From: the human T2T-CHM13v2.0 reference genome, Homo sapiens
Reading direction: 5' to 3' (one strand)
Length of the DNA stretch: 64,000 nt
Assembly: GCF_009914755.1 (NCBI RefSeq)
Contig: NC_060926.1
Positions 13,649-29,639 of this stretch are shown here, in pieces. Position numbers and translations under genes: made by a program. Positions within the stretch are counted from its first letter, which is position 1; each line of letters begins with the position of its first letter. The notes under the pieces are model-generated. The model searched no databases. It saw nothing but the letters and a program-made list of their open reading frames with translations, and was not told where the DNA came from.

Positions 13649-13943
13649 TAACCAGAATCTGAAGCTACACTTTCCCAATATGTACCTAGTAAAAGCTAAG
13701 TAGAAATTCAAAAGAAACACAGAACCCATTGATGAAGGATAAAAATCTCAGTGAAGAAGGGCAGACGTGTCCCAAAGGAGCACAGCTGTGAAGGTGACTG
13801 CAGCTGACTCTTAGGCTGCCTGATTTGGAACTTTGGAAATGAGGAGGAGTCACAGAGACAGTACCCAGGAAGGATGCTCAACCTCTACGGGCCTGCCCAG
13901 GTCAGATAATAAAAAGTCCTTGATGGAAACAAGACGGAGATGA

Positions 13944-14299
<356 letters not shown>

Positions 14300-14621
14300 G
14301 GTCTTCTCATGTCTTGACCGATACCAACATAGGACATCCCAAGATAGATCATATAGCACCCATTTCCCTTGAGCCCCAATCTTAAGGCACCAAGCTCAGC
14401 CCACTTTTCACTACAGCACACTTACTTTCTGAATTGTGTGCTTGAGATTATTCAATTAACAAAAGAAGAGATGGCTTACTTCAACAAACAATATTGCTAT
14501 TTTTGGAACACATACTCTGCAAAAGTCAGTAAAATGTTATCTTAGTTGATTGTTTAATGTTATATAATAGATTTGGAGAAGTAAATATGGGGTTTTCTGT
14601 TCATACCATCTTTAATATTTG

Positions 14622-14758
14622 TAATGGATGCTGGGCTTAATACCTAGGTGATGGGTTGATCTGTGCAGCAAGTCACCATGGCACAAGTTTACTTATGTAA
14701 CCAACCTGCTCATCCTGCACATGTATCCCAGAACTTAAAACAAAAGTTGAAGGAAAAA
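14622..14758 (+). mobile_element. Short L1PA/PB 3' end
   Basis: Reads gggcttaatacctaggtgatgggttgatctgtgcagca...cccagaacttaaaa. Confidence 0.8.
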
Positions 14759-15435
14759 GTATATATATTTGTAATTTAATATGACTGTCATGACTCTCCA
14801 AGGAGGGAGAGTTATCCCTTTATACAGTTGAGGGAGCTATATTTGTGGAAAGTTAAAAGATCCGTCTAAACTACCGAGTCAGGTAACGGAGTCATTAAGA
14901 CTCAAAGCTATACCTCACCAGAACTTACACTCTTTCTATGACACCACACTAACTCCTTGTCCCTCTGGAGTCCTTCTTCCAGAAAAGGATACTGATTTAT
15001 AAATATTCACTCTAAAAGTAGAAAGATAGCTCTTTATCCTTCTTTTGCTAGGCCCTTACGTCAAATGAAATCATTTATATGTTGACTGTTTGAAGAGCAA
15101 CAGGGCAAAAGACATTCCCCAAAAAAATTCAACAAAAAAAGTTTTCAATATACAGCGATTACGAATCAGATATTTATAGTCACAGAGCAACCCAAATTAG
15201 ATGAACAAATATATTCAATGTAAACAAAACAAAGCAAAAGGAAAAGCTAGCAGCAAATTAAAAGGAGTTTGCTTATCAAGTGGTCGAATGATCTATCCCC
15301 AAATACAATGTGGAACCTATTTTCCATTCTTTAAAATCTCCTCTTTGCAAATGGAAAGTCCTGTGTATAATATGACCCTGTTCCCAAGAATGCACATGTG
15401 AAGGCAGCATTCCCCACGCCGCCCCCACAGCCAAC

Positions 15436-15682
15436 CTGGCATGCCGGATGGATGCAATGGCATTGCTGAACTCGCTGTCGATGCTGCGGCAGTTGTAGAA
15501 CTCCTCATAGGCTGGCCTGGAAGAACCCTGGTATTCAATGCGGCTGATGCGGCAAATCCCCACGATCAGGATGATCAGCATAAGGATGAAGGCCACGCAG
15601 AGGGCTCCAATGATGATGTAGAGGGAGTGCCGTGGCATGTTGGTGAGGCTCTCCGCCATGTGCCCGGACTTCCATTGGAGGT
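15436..15682 (-). CDS. DNER: DNER penultimate exon (probably exon 12): juxtamembrane, transmembrane helix and proximal cytoplasmic tail
   Basis: Acceptor is tttttgcctgcag|AC and donor is CCAG|gttggc. The 247-nt exon encodes (H)LQWKSGHMAESLTNMPRHSLYIIIGALCVAFILMLIILIVGICRISRIEYQGSSRPAYEEFYNCRSIDSEFSNAIASIRHA(R). It has a hydrophobic TM stretch and retains CpGs relative to its flanks. Confidence 0.97.
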
Positions 15683-15859
15683 CTGCAGGCAAAAATAAGC
15701 AAATGGCTGGGTATGAGTTGTCACCTTTGAGAATGAGAAGGCCTTTTTCATCTTTGCATAGATAACTTAAAACCTAAGGGCCATTCAAACTTGGAAGGCT
15801 TATTTTCTACGGATTATCCAGACCCAGGGTTAATATCCTTACTACATAAGGACTTCTTA

Positions 15860-16245
<386 letters not shown>

Positions 16246-16642
16246 TTACTTGGCTTCAGAATTACAAAAAAGTACAATTCCTCTATCAGCTCCCAAATAT
16301 TACTTTAAAATTATAACCACAGTTGGAAGGGTACCCAGAAATAAGGACTACAAGTTGATACATAACCGTTTCATTTACTAATTAGCATATGCTCTGACCC
16401 AGATATTCCCATTTTAGGATTTATGCTGGGGAAGTAGCTCAGGAAATGCATAAAGCCTTATGTGTGAAGATGCTTATCTTCATATCACAATTTTTCAATG
16501 TTATCACCTATTCCATATTTAGAAAAAGGCTCAGAAAATCACACAGACAACCATGTACTCACTGCTCAGTTAATAATGTTAATATTTTACCATTTTTCTT
16601 TAGATTTTTTTTCAGATAGTTTTTTAAAAAGAAATAAAATAT

Positions 16643-16969
<327 letters not shown>

Positions 16970-17743
16970 TCACCCCATACTCTCTCTCCATTCCACCAGC
17001 AACAGCATAATTTATTAAAGTCAAAAAATAAAAATCTAAATATTTAACACTCAGTGAGATGAAAAGATATCCACTAAACAACAAAAGAATAAAAGCATGT
17101 TACCAAACAGGTTCTACTTGGACAGTACAATAATTTCACAATATCTTATGAGTTTAAAATGTCTATATACACATTGAAAAGGTCAAAAGGATAGTATGAT
17201 AATGATGGCAAACATATATTGATTTCTTATTATAAACTAAGCTCTTTAAAAACAGCTCATTTAATCATTATAACCACCAGAAGATACATTATTCTCTCTC
17301 CCCACTTTACAAAGGAGGCCTAGAGAACTGACATCACTTGGAGTGAATGCCTCTGATACAAGTCAGAATCTGAGGTCTTGGCCTTTGCACAGCAACATAC
17401 TAACAACAGTGATCTCTAAAAGACAGGATTAAAAATGATTATTTTCCTCTGTATATGTCTGAGTCTTTTCCAGATTTTTAAAAATAAGAATGTATTCCTT
17501 TTCCAATAAAGAAATATGCAATACATTATTTAAAGAAGACATTTGTAGGATCATCTTCCAGCATAAGAGTGGAAATAGTATCAGCCTTGGGATCACACCA
17601 ACCTTGCTTTCAATCCAGCTCCTACATTTACTTGATCTCCTTGAGCTTCGGTTTCTTTGTTTGTAAAATGGAAATAACAACATATACCCCATTGGCTTGC
17701 TGCAGCATGAGTTAGGAAACATGTTTTTAAAACATTTAAAACT

Positions 17744-18081
17744 TTTTAACTTTCTAAAAAGTTAAACTTTCTAAAAAGTTAAAAAAAGGTTTTAACTTCC
17801 TAAAAAGTTTAAAAAAAAAGTTTTAACTTTCTAAAAAGTTAAAAAAAAGTTTTAACTTTCTAAAAAGTTAAAAAAAAGTTTTAACTTTCTAAAAAGTTAA
17901 AAAAAAGTTTTAACTTTCTAAAAAGTTAAAAAAAAGTTTTAACTTTCTAAAAAGTTAAAAAAAAGTTTTAACTTTCTAAAAAGTTAAACAAAAAGTTTCA
18001 ACTTTCTAAAAAGTCAAAAAAAAAGTTTCAACTTTCTAAAAAGTTAAAAAAAAAAAGTTTCAACTTTCTAAAAAAGTTAAA
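17744..18081. repeat. AT-rich minisatellite, ~29-bp unit ttttaactttctaaaaagttaaaaaaaag, about 12 copies
   Basis: Units start at 17821, 17850, 17879, 17908, 17937 and 17966 (exact 29-bp period), with variant units on both sides. Confidence 0.95.
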
Positions 18082-20354
18082 GAGTCCACTCCTGGACATG
18101 TGGTGGTGGTCCCTAAAGAGGACCAGCTGTGGTGGTGGAGGAGGGAAGGATAAAGGGTCACATGCTGTTCCCTAAGGCACATGCTCTGAGCTGAGGATTA
18201 CTGAGCATGGCCCTGTGTCCTTCCTAAAAGCACCAACCTGTATTAGCAGGAAAAACTGGAAGGACACAATGTAATCTCTGTGATTGGCGTAGGTCAAGAA
18301 CATCAAGTTACTTCCTGTTTATAGATCTGCACCCAAATGAAACTATCTAGATAGCGTATACAAGATTTGAAAAGAAATTGTGGAAATTTTAAAGAGCTAG
18401 GTAAGACCAAACAGAAGCTGAACTCATATGGAAAAAAGGATGCTTTCTCTACTTTACTCACACCACCACCACCACCATTCCACACTTCCCCACCCACACC
18501 AGGACATCATTTTCATGGTAGAATTCCAAGTGCCTGCAAATGAGATTCAGAGGTTAGTGGAAATGGAAATGAGCCTGTCTTTCCATGAAATCCACAGGAC
18601 TCTTCTCACTGTCCATTATCGTTGAGAGTATTTGTGGCCTCTGGATACTCACACCTTCATCTTAGCTGTATCTTCAGTCATCATAGATCTAAGAATCACA
18701 ATTAGCTATTCCTTACCTTGAAAAGCTGCAGTCAGTCTGAAGAAGAGCACAGATAGACACCCAAACAGGGGGCCAGGCCTGCAGACCCACTTTCTAGAAG
18801 CTAACAGAAAAATGACCCACGTGCCCATCCTGGATGCTTCCTGAGAATCTGAGAACAGATGAATAATGTGATTTCTGAGTTTGCATCCAGACCCTCCTGA
18901 ATATTTCACCAAAACCTTTGAAGCCTGGTTTGTCATTTGAGTCTGCCTGCCTGAGCTCATAAGGCCCACGGAGCTTAGTAAAACTAAATGACCATTACTG
19001 CATTGACTGCTTCATTTAAGCCAACTCACATACAGGCAGACTGAGTAACATAAATCACCAGAAACAGTCACGATGGAAGGGAGAAGGTGTTTGGGGAAAG
19101 CAGAACCAAGGCTCAATCCCCAAATCTGCAGCCATCTCATTTGGCAATACCTGGTGTGCACTGAGAGAGACAACTCATTTTTCTGGCTGAAAAAGCAAGC
19201 GTGATTCACTTCATTTCCAAGTATTATAACATTCTCTAAAAAATTCAGTTGCAGGCAGGAGTCCAACACTCAGCAGAGTATGTTATAACATCCATTTAGC
19301 ATCAACACAAGGGCAGCCAGTACTATGTTTCTCCTCCAACTCGGTAGAGTGCTCAGATCTGATCACTATGGAAGATCACATGAGTTCTTGATGAGTTCTT
19401 GCAGTCTACGCATAAGCTTCATAGCATTAACCTACACATCACATCAATTGTGTATACACAGTGAGTGCACAACCACATGGCCACTAAAGTGAAAAAAACA
19501 ACCATACTGGGCTATGTGCTCAGTGCAGTGTCCCAGGTCTGACTGCTTGCATTTATGACCATCTGCTCCGTTTCCCAAAACTCTGTATTCCAAGCTGTTC
19601 GGACTTTTGGAAAAACTTTCTCAAGATTTCTCCTAAAAGCTCTGCTTTCCTCTCTCCCCCTGCCCTTTTCTTTAAAGCTAGATTCCACCTCACTGTCATC
19701 TAAAACTTTTTTGATACAAATGACTGTGGCTGCTTTACAGGCTAATTGGTTTAGTAGCTGGGATGGATCTGGCTAAGTCCAACGCTAGGTCTGAGAGACA
19801 GCAAATTTATCTATGCCAGGTGCCTGCAACCACCATCTCTCAGTCCAGATGCTATCCTCATAAGTCATTGCTTTGCTGCATCCCAGGAGTCTCATCACAT
19901 GAATTGTTGACTATGTTTGCTACAGCATGGCACTGGGAAGAATTGTGAACCAGAATATGCCAGATGGGTTCATCTCATCAGCCCCAGCAGGTGCATGACC
20001 AGGAATGCATGTGCACGAGCTGCTCAAGAAAAATGTCACGCTTGTGAGTCTGACAGATCATTTTCATGTTTTTAAACTAGATTTGTTTGAGGTGTTGTAT
20101 TTTCCAAAGTGCTTTTGCATTAAGCATTTCAGTTGGCCCTAAACAAACACCTTGAGCTAGGCAGAGGTGCTAAACTTGGAGCAGTTGCTCAAGGTGAGGC
20201 AGACAGTCAGTGGCCAAGCTGAGAATAAAATCAGACCCACCTCCACTCTGCCAAAAAGAGACTCCAGTCAATTTACATATTGCATCTAAAATACATAGCC
20301 CATATCTATTTTTTAATTTACCTAGATGAATGTAGCTACACTAGTTAATTTGCT

Positions 20355-20432
20355 TACCTATGTTATTTTTAAAAAGAGCAAGTTATTTTTAAAAAGAGCA
20401 AGTTAAAAATACCTATGTTATTTTTAAAAAGA
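20355..20432. repeat. Local tandem/compound duplication
   Basis: gttatttttaaaaaga occurs three times and acctatgttatttttaaaaaga occurs twice. Confidence 0.85.
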
Positions 20433-20654
20433 CTGTTTCTTAAGAAGATGTTACTTAGCTTAAGAATTTTTAAGACTACTTGTTGCCTAGAACAATTGTG
20501 AGGAGGGATGTCAAATTACTTTGTTTTCTATAGTTAAAGGTTAGCAGGACAATCAAAGCAGTCAGTGAGATTGAAAAAGATTAACAACTCTTGTTAATCT
20601 CTGGAAGAGGAATGAATGCGAAAAGGGAATGAAAGAGATCGTCTCCTTTATGGG

Positions 20655-21583
20655 GATCCATTCACTGAGCACATTAATTAAGGACCTACTATGTGCCAGG
20701 CACAGTGCTGAGTGACAGGGATGGAAAGCAAGGGAAAATAGAGAGAAAAGTAGGCTCATGTAGTCCCCAGTTTTCTGAGGGATGCAGGGATCAGGCAAAT
20801 GATCCCCAAAACAAAGTAAAAGTACAACTGTGCTATGTCTACAAGGGACGAGCTCTTCAGTGCAGCAGGAGGACAGGAGATATTTTACCTCACTGACTGC
20901 CAAGAGAGCTTGCACAACAGGAGCCCTTACGGAGTTAGGTTATGAGTGGGCACTAACCAGGGACGGGCAAGAGCAGAGGGGAGACTGCACAGGCAAAGAA
21001 CCAGAGTGAGCACAGGCCTGTGGGAGGGGGGTGAGGGAGAAGAACAAGGGCTGGAAGAACAGCATGACTGCTTGAGAGAGAGGCAGAGAGTGGCTGCAGC
21101 AAGGAGAAGGGATCTCCTTGAAGGATAGGGCAGTGTGGCCTTGGGTCTTTAGTAACTTATTTATTTTAATAGGAGCTTGGCACAGTCAGTGTTGGAAACA
21201 GTGGGAGGGAGGGTCTGAGTGTTCCAATTTGCACTTTGAAAAGATCCTTCTGGCTGTGCATGAAGAAAGGGTTTGAGGAGCAAGGACAGAGGCTGGTTCA
21301 GAGGCTCCTGTAGGACGGGGCAGGGTTAGTGGTAACTTGACCTATGGTGATGGGCATGGAGACAGAGAGAGGGGAATGGATGTGAGTGCTGTGTTAGGGG
21401 GGAATCAACCAGACTAAATGCAGCTTGTACAGATAGGCCAATGAGGGGAGAGAAACCAGGAGGCCAATTCCTGGTTTCCTGGCTTTTATCGTTGGATGGA
21501 TGAGGTGCTGTAGCCGAGTGAGACGACCAGATTTGAGAGGAAGATTCTGAGTTTGGTTTTATACATGTTAAATTGGAGGTACC
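20655..21583 (-). mobile_element. L2 fragments
   Basis: Typical reverse L2 motifs are present: cattcactgagcac...acctactatgtgccaggcacagtgct, aaagatccttctggctg and gagtttggtttt. Confidence 0.6.
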
Positions 21584-22976
<1,393 letters not shown>

Positions 22977-23049
22977 AATTGGAAGTACCTTTAAGACACC
23001 CAAGTAGTTATGTCTAATAGTTAAATTTTGATGTTTAGCTCATCATTTT

Positions 23050-23290
23050 GGTTAGTAAGAGCTGATATTTATTGAGGGTTCCATTTGTGCTGGACACTAA
23101 GTGTTAAGGCGTTAACTCACCTATTCCTCCTACAATGCTTTGAGGTAGACACTATTATTGCCTTCATTTTATATAGGAAGCAACTGAGACTCTAAGAGGA
23201 AAGCTATGTGCCCAGGGTTACACACAGTAAGTGGCAGCCCCTGAGTTTAAGCCCAGGTGCCCTGGTTCTAAAGCCACACACTTCAATCAA
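23050..23290 (-). mobile_element. MIR
   Basis: Reads atttattgag...cattttatatagg...aactgagactc...gcccagggttacac. Confidence 0.7.
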
Positions 23291-24321
23291 TAAGGAATGT
23301 TTTGCAAACTGTAGATTGTAGAAATCAATGTAATGGGGCCAGACTCACATTTAAAAAAAAAAATTTAGAGAACTATTTCAGAGTTTGTACACTTATAAAA
23401 AGTTAAGTATTATTTTATGTTGTGTGTGTTTGTGTGTATATTAGGCTGTGTGTTACATGCAGCGTCAAGATGTAAAACATACTACTTACTGTGGGTTGCA
23501 CTCAAAAGGCATGAAAAGCATTTCCCTATGCTGTACACATCCATCAGAGCTCTTCAGAGAGGCAATGGAATGTTCCTCCTCATGAGATTTTTTGGAATAA
23601 AAAAGTCAAGATCGAATCACATCAATAACAACTACCTATCTGTATAATGCCTGTGGTCCTATAATATTCTGTACTTGCAGCAAATTGGTTATTAACCCAA
23701 AAGTATCTAGTTTACCCAGGTTCCATCAGAGATGGGAAATTTCATTTTCAGCAGATGCCCAGAGACTTTTAGTTGTTCAAAGAGAAAGACAGCTGATGAT
23801 AATAATTAAGGTAATCATTTATTAAGTATCTACTATGTACCAGTCACTGAACAATATTGGTTACATTTACTATCCCATTTATCAAGGCCTAAGGCTCAGA
23901 GACCTTGTTTTCTGGCCCAGGGATAAATACCTGAGTTAGAATTCAAAACAGCTCAACTCACAGAATTGAGTTATCAACCACAAAACTCCACAACAGCATT
24001 CTTTCCACTCAATCAGTATGCTTTCCCCACATCTAGCCACAATCCCTCCCTGAGAAGGAGAGGATGCATTCCTGGTGTTCCAAGTATGTACTAAAGGTAA
24101 TTATGGATTCAGTGGGATTTGCAAGTTACCCTTGGACCCCACCACCATTGCTTCCAAGGGGAAAAGTTCTAAAAGGCAAAAAGCCAACTTATAATGAAAT
24201 GCTCATGAAAAGTTAAAAGATAATCACCAACCAAAATCAAAATATTAAATGCAAAAACCCTTTGACAATTTTATCTTTGAGAATTTCTACTATTGATATT
24301 CTTACATAAGCACAAAGATGC

Positions 24322-25044
24322 TGCTATGATCTGAATGTATGTGACTCCCAAGCTTAAATGTTGCAGCCTAATCCATACAGTTAGGCTTTGTGTCCCCACC
24401 CAAATCTCATCTTGAATTGTAATCCCCATAATCCTCATAATCCCCACATGTCAAGGGAGAGACAGGTGGAAGTAACTGAATCATGGGGGCGGGTCCCCCA
24501 TGCTGTTCTCATGAAAGTGAGTTCTCACAAGATCTGATGGTTTTATAAGGGGTTCTTCCCTATTCACTCAACATTTCTCCTTCCTGCCACCTTGTGAAGA
24601 AGGTGACTTGCTTCCCCTTCGCCTTTTGCCGTGCTTGTAAGTTTCCTGAGACCTTCCCAGCCATGCTGAAATGTGAGTCAATTAAACCTCTTTCCTTTAT
24701 AAATTACCCTGTATCAGGCAGTTCTTTATAACAGTATGAAAACAAACTAATAAACTAATCAACGAAGCGATGGTATTAAGAGATGTAGTCTTTGGGAAGT
24801 GATTAAGTCATGAGGGCTCTGCCTTCATGAACTAGGTTAATGTCCTTATAAAAGAGGCCCAAGAGAGCCACCTTGCCCTTCCACTATGTGAAGACACTGC
24901 CAGAAGGCCCTATCTATGAGGAATGAGCCCTCGTCAGACACTGGATCTGCCAGTGCCTTGCTCTCAGACTTCTCAGCCTCCAGAACTGTGAGCAATTACT
25001 TACTGTAAGGTATTTTGTTATAGTATCCCAAGCAAACTAAGACA
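24322..25044 (+). mobile_element. MLT1A/MST-like MaLR LTR interrupted by a THE1 LTR
   Basis: Runs tgctatgatctgaatgt...aaactaagaca. The 5-bp flanks are gatgc/ggtgc. Confidence 0.8.
24373..24754 (+). mobile_element. THE1-family solo LTR
   Basis: Reads gttaggctttgtgtccccacccaaatctcatcttgaattgtaatcccc...gagtcaattaaacctctttcctttataaattacc. TSD ctaat (24368-24372 / 24755-24759). Confidence 0.9.
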
Positions 25045-26389
25045 GGTGCATATATAGAATATTCATTCTAGTATTGCTTTAAATAGCAAAACCCCTCAAA
25101 TGTATTATCTATCAATGGGGGTCTGATTAAATAAATTTTGGAGATGCTAAAGAATGGAAATACCATGTGACATTTTAAAAAGTGTCGTAGATCTGCATAA
25201 GGTAGTGTGGGTGCACCTTCAGGATATACTGTTACAATAAAAGCAATATGTTGAAGAGTGTGTATAAAACTCTCATTTGTACAGGAGAAAATAGGAACTT
25301 ATCTATTGACTGATGCATCTAGAAGAATATGCAATAAATGTCTAACAGTAGTTACCTTTAAGGAGTGAGGTGGGGATCTGGATAAGGAGAGATATTAATT
25401 AATTTTATTTTTTAAACATCTTGGTTTATACAAAAATGAGAACCAAAGAGCCAACCTATTTGTATAATAAGAACTGCCCATATAATATAATCATTTGATA
25501 CATTTCTTTAACCATTATTAAATTCCATCTATTGTTAAAGGAAGAGGCCCAAGACATCCATCTATACCTCTGGCCCCAGGATGAGTTACTTTCCCTTTCC
25601 CTGGTTGTCTAGAGGTGGCTGTGCAAAGCCTTACGGTGACTCATCATATATTCAAACCTGCCCTCAGATTACAAGCTCCCAAAGGCAGGGTATGTTTCAT
25701 TAACCTTTATATTCCAGAACTACACTCAATGCCTGACAATAAAGAGCCACTGATTCCTGATTGAATGCATAAATCTAAAATAGCCTATTTGCCTATTTCT
25801 CAACTGCAAAATATCATTAATTCAATAGTTTAACTGTATTTAACCATAGATTCAACTGTTTAATATACAAAACTGGCCAACTGTCAGTCAATGAGGTTAA
25901 CTATAACTCTAACTTTATAAAGCTTACTCAAACAAAGCAAAACACACCAACACTGCTATGTCAAGATTCATAGAAATTTTGATTTTTAGACCTTGATTCT
26001 AGGAAGGCATATTTTCCTTTTATTATAATTCAGAAAAAATTATAATCAGTCCCAAGGTGGTAAAAATGAATGGCAGAAAATTAAAACTTCACTGATGTTC
26101 TGTTAATTTCCAGAACTGTGGGTTTTCATTTGCCTTAAAACATGTGTAAATCACTACAGCTATTTGATCGATTCTATTAGGATGGTCCTGGATCAATCTT
26201 CTTGATAGTTTTGATAAATCTGTGTGGTCTGTTAGATTTCTGCTTCTTATTACTGACTGGCGGCCAGATAATTACCCCAAAGGGGCAAATAACTAGGGTG
26301 ATGCGTTAACAGATAAAATTAATTCTACCTCATCCCCAAATATTGTAATATTTAAGAACAAAGAGAGAGGAATGAGATACCATTGGTGG

Positions 26390-26883
26390 GTGGTACGAAA
26401 GGCAGAATAAGGGTCTCCTGAAGATGTCCTAATGCCCAGAACCTATCAATACATTATATGGCAAAAATGACTTTCCTAATGTGATTAAATTGAGATCTTG
26501 AGATGGAGAGATTATTCTGGATTATCTGGACAAGCTCAATGCAACCAGAAGAGTCCTAATAAGTGAAAGAAGGAGGTAGGAGAGTTGACAATTGAGTGAT
26601 GAGAATGAAAGCAGAGGTCAAAATGACATTTCTGACTTTGAAGAAGGCAGAAGGCACCACGAGCCAAGAAATGTGAGCAGCCTTAAGGTTAGAAAAGGCA
26701 AGGGGAGACAAGTTCTCCCCTAGAGCCTCCAGAAAGAAGACAGCCCTGCTGGTCTCTTGATTTTAGCCCAGTGAGGCCCATTTTGCACTTTTGCCTTCCA
26801 GAACTGTAACGTGATAGATCTGTGTTGTTTTAAGCCACTCAATTTGTGGTAATTTGTTACAGTGACAAGAGGAAACTAATACA
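26390..26883 (+). mobile_element. MLT1D-like MaLR LTR
   Basis: Reads aggcagaataa...cttgagatggagagattattctggattatc...ttgttacag...ggaaactaataca. Confidence 0.85.
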
Positions 26884-28661
26884 GATGGTCAGGGAAGGCA
26901 CCTTTGAACTGAGACCTGAATGAGAAGAAGGCAGCTGTGCTAAAATCTGAAAGAAGAGAGCTCCAGGCATAGGGAACAGCATGGGTGAAGGTCCTGAAGG
27001 CAGGGATGACCTTGACCTGCTCAAGGAAGGGAAAGCAGGACACTGTGGCTACTGCAGAGGCAGCAAGGAAGACAGGCAAGCAATGTGGCCTCTGAAGGCA
27101 GTGATCGAGTTAATGGAAGCCTCCTTTACTTCCTCAGGTGACTCAGCAGCCCTCCAGCACCATGTAGCTATGTGGGCCATGGTTCTCTGTGTACATCTGA
27201 GCTTTTCTGTTTAGATCTACTGACTAGACTTTGAGATATCCAGGCATCCTCCTCTTGGTTTCTGGATACTTCAGAGGATCACAGATGCTCAGAGTTAGAA
27301 AGAGACCTCAGAGGCCGTGGTTCCCATGGCTCACGCAGGACTAGAGGCCTCTTACAGCTTCCCTGCCCACCAAATGTACGAATTCTGTGTGCACTCTGGA
27401 TCCTCAGATCCATTCCATTGATTCAGACCCAATTATCTAGACACGAGCCACTGGTTTCAGCTATGTGTCATCCGCAAACCTCATACACACGGTCTCCTTT
27501 CCATATACTCAGGTCATGGTTAGAAATATCCAGTGCTGGGACCTGGCAGAGCCTAATCTGTAATTAAATTTAGTTTTGATACCTTTGGCCCTATAGAGAA
27601 ATATAAATGAGATCATCAAATGGAAGATGATAGAGTTGAGTGAACACGGCGTCCAGGTATGCACTGAGATGTGTAATGTACCCTATCACACCCAGCCACT
27701 CAGAATAGCCACTGTCCTGGGCTGTAGGCAGCATCTAAAAAGACAATTGCTGAAGGTTAATCCTTCCTGGGAGTAGCTCATAGCATAAGAGGTATAGTAG
27801 TACAGAAAAAATAAAAGAAAGATCAACCAGTATTTATTTAGTGTCTACTGAACAGCAGAAATCTGGACATTTGCCTCATGTAATCCTCACAGCAACCAGC
27901 ATGGGAAGCCTTCCTATAATCAAGTGAGAAAGACAAGGCTCCCAGAGGTAAATTTGTTTTTCCAGGTTACATAGTTAGAATATGATGGAGCTTGAATCTG
28001 AAGTCGACTTTGATCCTTTTGTTATTCCATATTTTGCCTACATTATCATCACCAGAAGAAGTAAACTTTAGATTTTTTACAATGATAGGATTTCACTTCA
28101 AAATTTCTTGATGATATCCTGTGTGTTCCTGACTTTTCATCTATACTCTCCTATATATTTATCTTCATGAATCCCATTTTAAAGTTATAAGTAGATATTA
28201 CTCTGCCCTAAAGGCACAAAGTGTGTCAATTTGTCATACTAAACTTTAGAATGAAAACTGATCCCATTTTCTGGAAAAGTAAACTGAGGCTCAGCACAAG
28301 CAAATGCAGTCATAACGAGTGCCTTGGCCAGGATAAGAACCAAGGTCCTGCTGACCCAAGTCTGGAATCCTTTCCACCAGCAGATTCCACCAGACTGGAC
28401 TTAACATCCTATAACTACAGTCCCTTAGAATTTTACCATTGAAATCCTTTTCAGTCCCTTGTCTCTCTCTTCAACAAGAAAGTAGTTCTCACCCATCTTT
28501 AGCAAGGAAAGTTAATTCGAAGCCCATTCTGTATGAGAGCAATTGAGAATGCTAAGGGGGAGGCCTATAACAATTACACACTTCACACTTTGGCTGCATG
28601 AACCAAGAAGAAAGACAGTGAGTGAGCAGGTAAGAAGCTAAATCATATCCTCAGCCTCTTA

Positions 28662-28727
28662 TCAAGTTGATCAAATTGACGTTGGAGAATGTGGTCAAGT
28701 TGGTCAAGTTGATGTCAGAGAATGTGG
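28662..28727. repeat. 33-bp tandem duplication
   Basis: tcaagttgatcaaattgacgttggagaatgtgg followed by tcaagttggtcaagttgatgtcagagaatgtgg. Confidence 0.8.
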
Positions 28728-29208
28728 TCCACATTTGGACAAGAGAGTTTCCTAATACCGGCCACCCTCTACATTAGAAAACACTGAGAATGAGATGACC
28801 CTATCCAGCCATAGGCAGCCAGAACCACCAGTGAGGGCCTGGTCTTGTGACATAGAGAGGAGTGGAGAGAGCAGACAGATCAGGCCAAGTGACACAGACA
28901 GACAGGCAGAAGCAGGCAGGCAGGACTGTGGGTACTGATTTGCATCCTTCCAAATTCACACAGAAGACAAGTTTTCTTTATCTGTCAAAAGGTGAGTGAG
29001 CAGGTGACAGAGCGCGGAAGGGAGTTCTTATGCAACTTTCCCAGGAAAAGAAGCAATCTGGAATAGGGAGGAAACTTTCACCCAACCAGCATGGTTAGCT
29101 CTCTTCGGCTATGAAAGATCAAATTGCCCCAGCTAATTTAAATAAGAAGACAATACCTTTCAAAGTTGAATCTTTAACAGTTCCAAAACAATTGAAAACT
29201 CGATTGCA

Positions 29209-29639
<431 letters not shown>

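Noticed and set aside
15441-15698. 85-aa plus-strand ORF overlapping the TM exon
   Set aside because: It is the antisense shadow of a GC-rich coding exon and has no independent gene signals.
17744-18081. Palindromic ~29-bp repeats resembling a CRISPR array
   Set aside because: The units are head-to-tail with no unique spacers, there are no cas genes, and the context is a primate intron. It is a minisatellite.
18428-18625. ORF with a His6 run
   Set aside because: It arises from a short (CAC)n simple repeat and has no vector or tag context.
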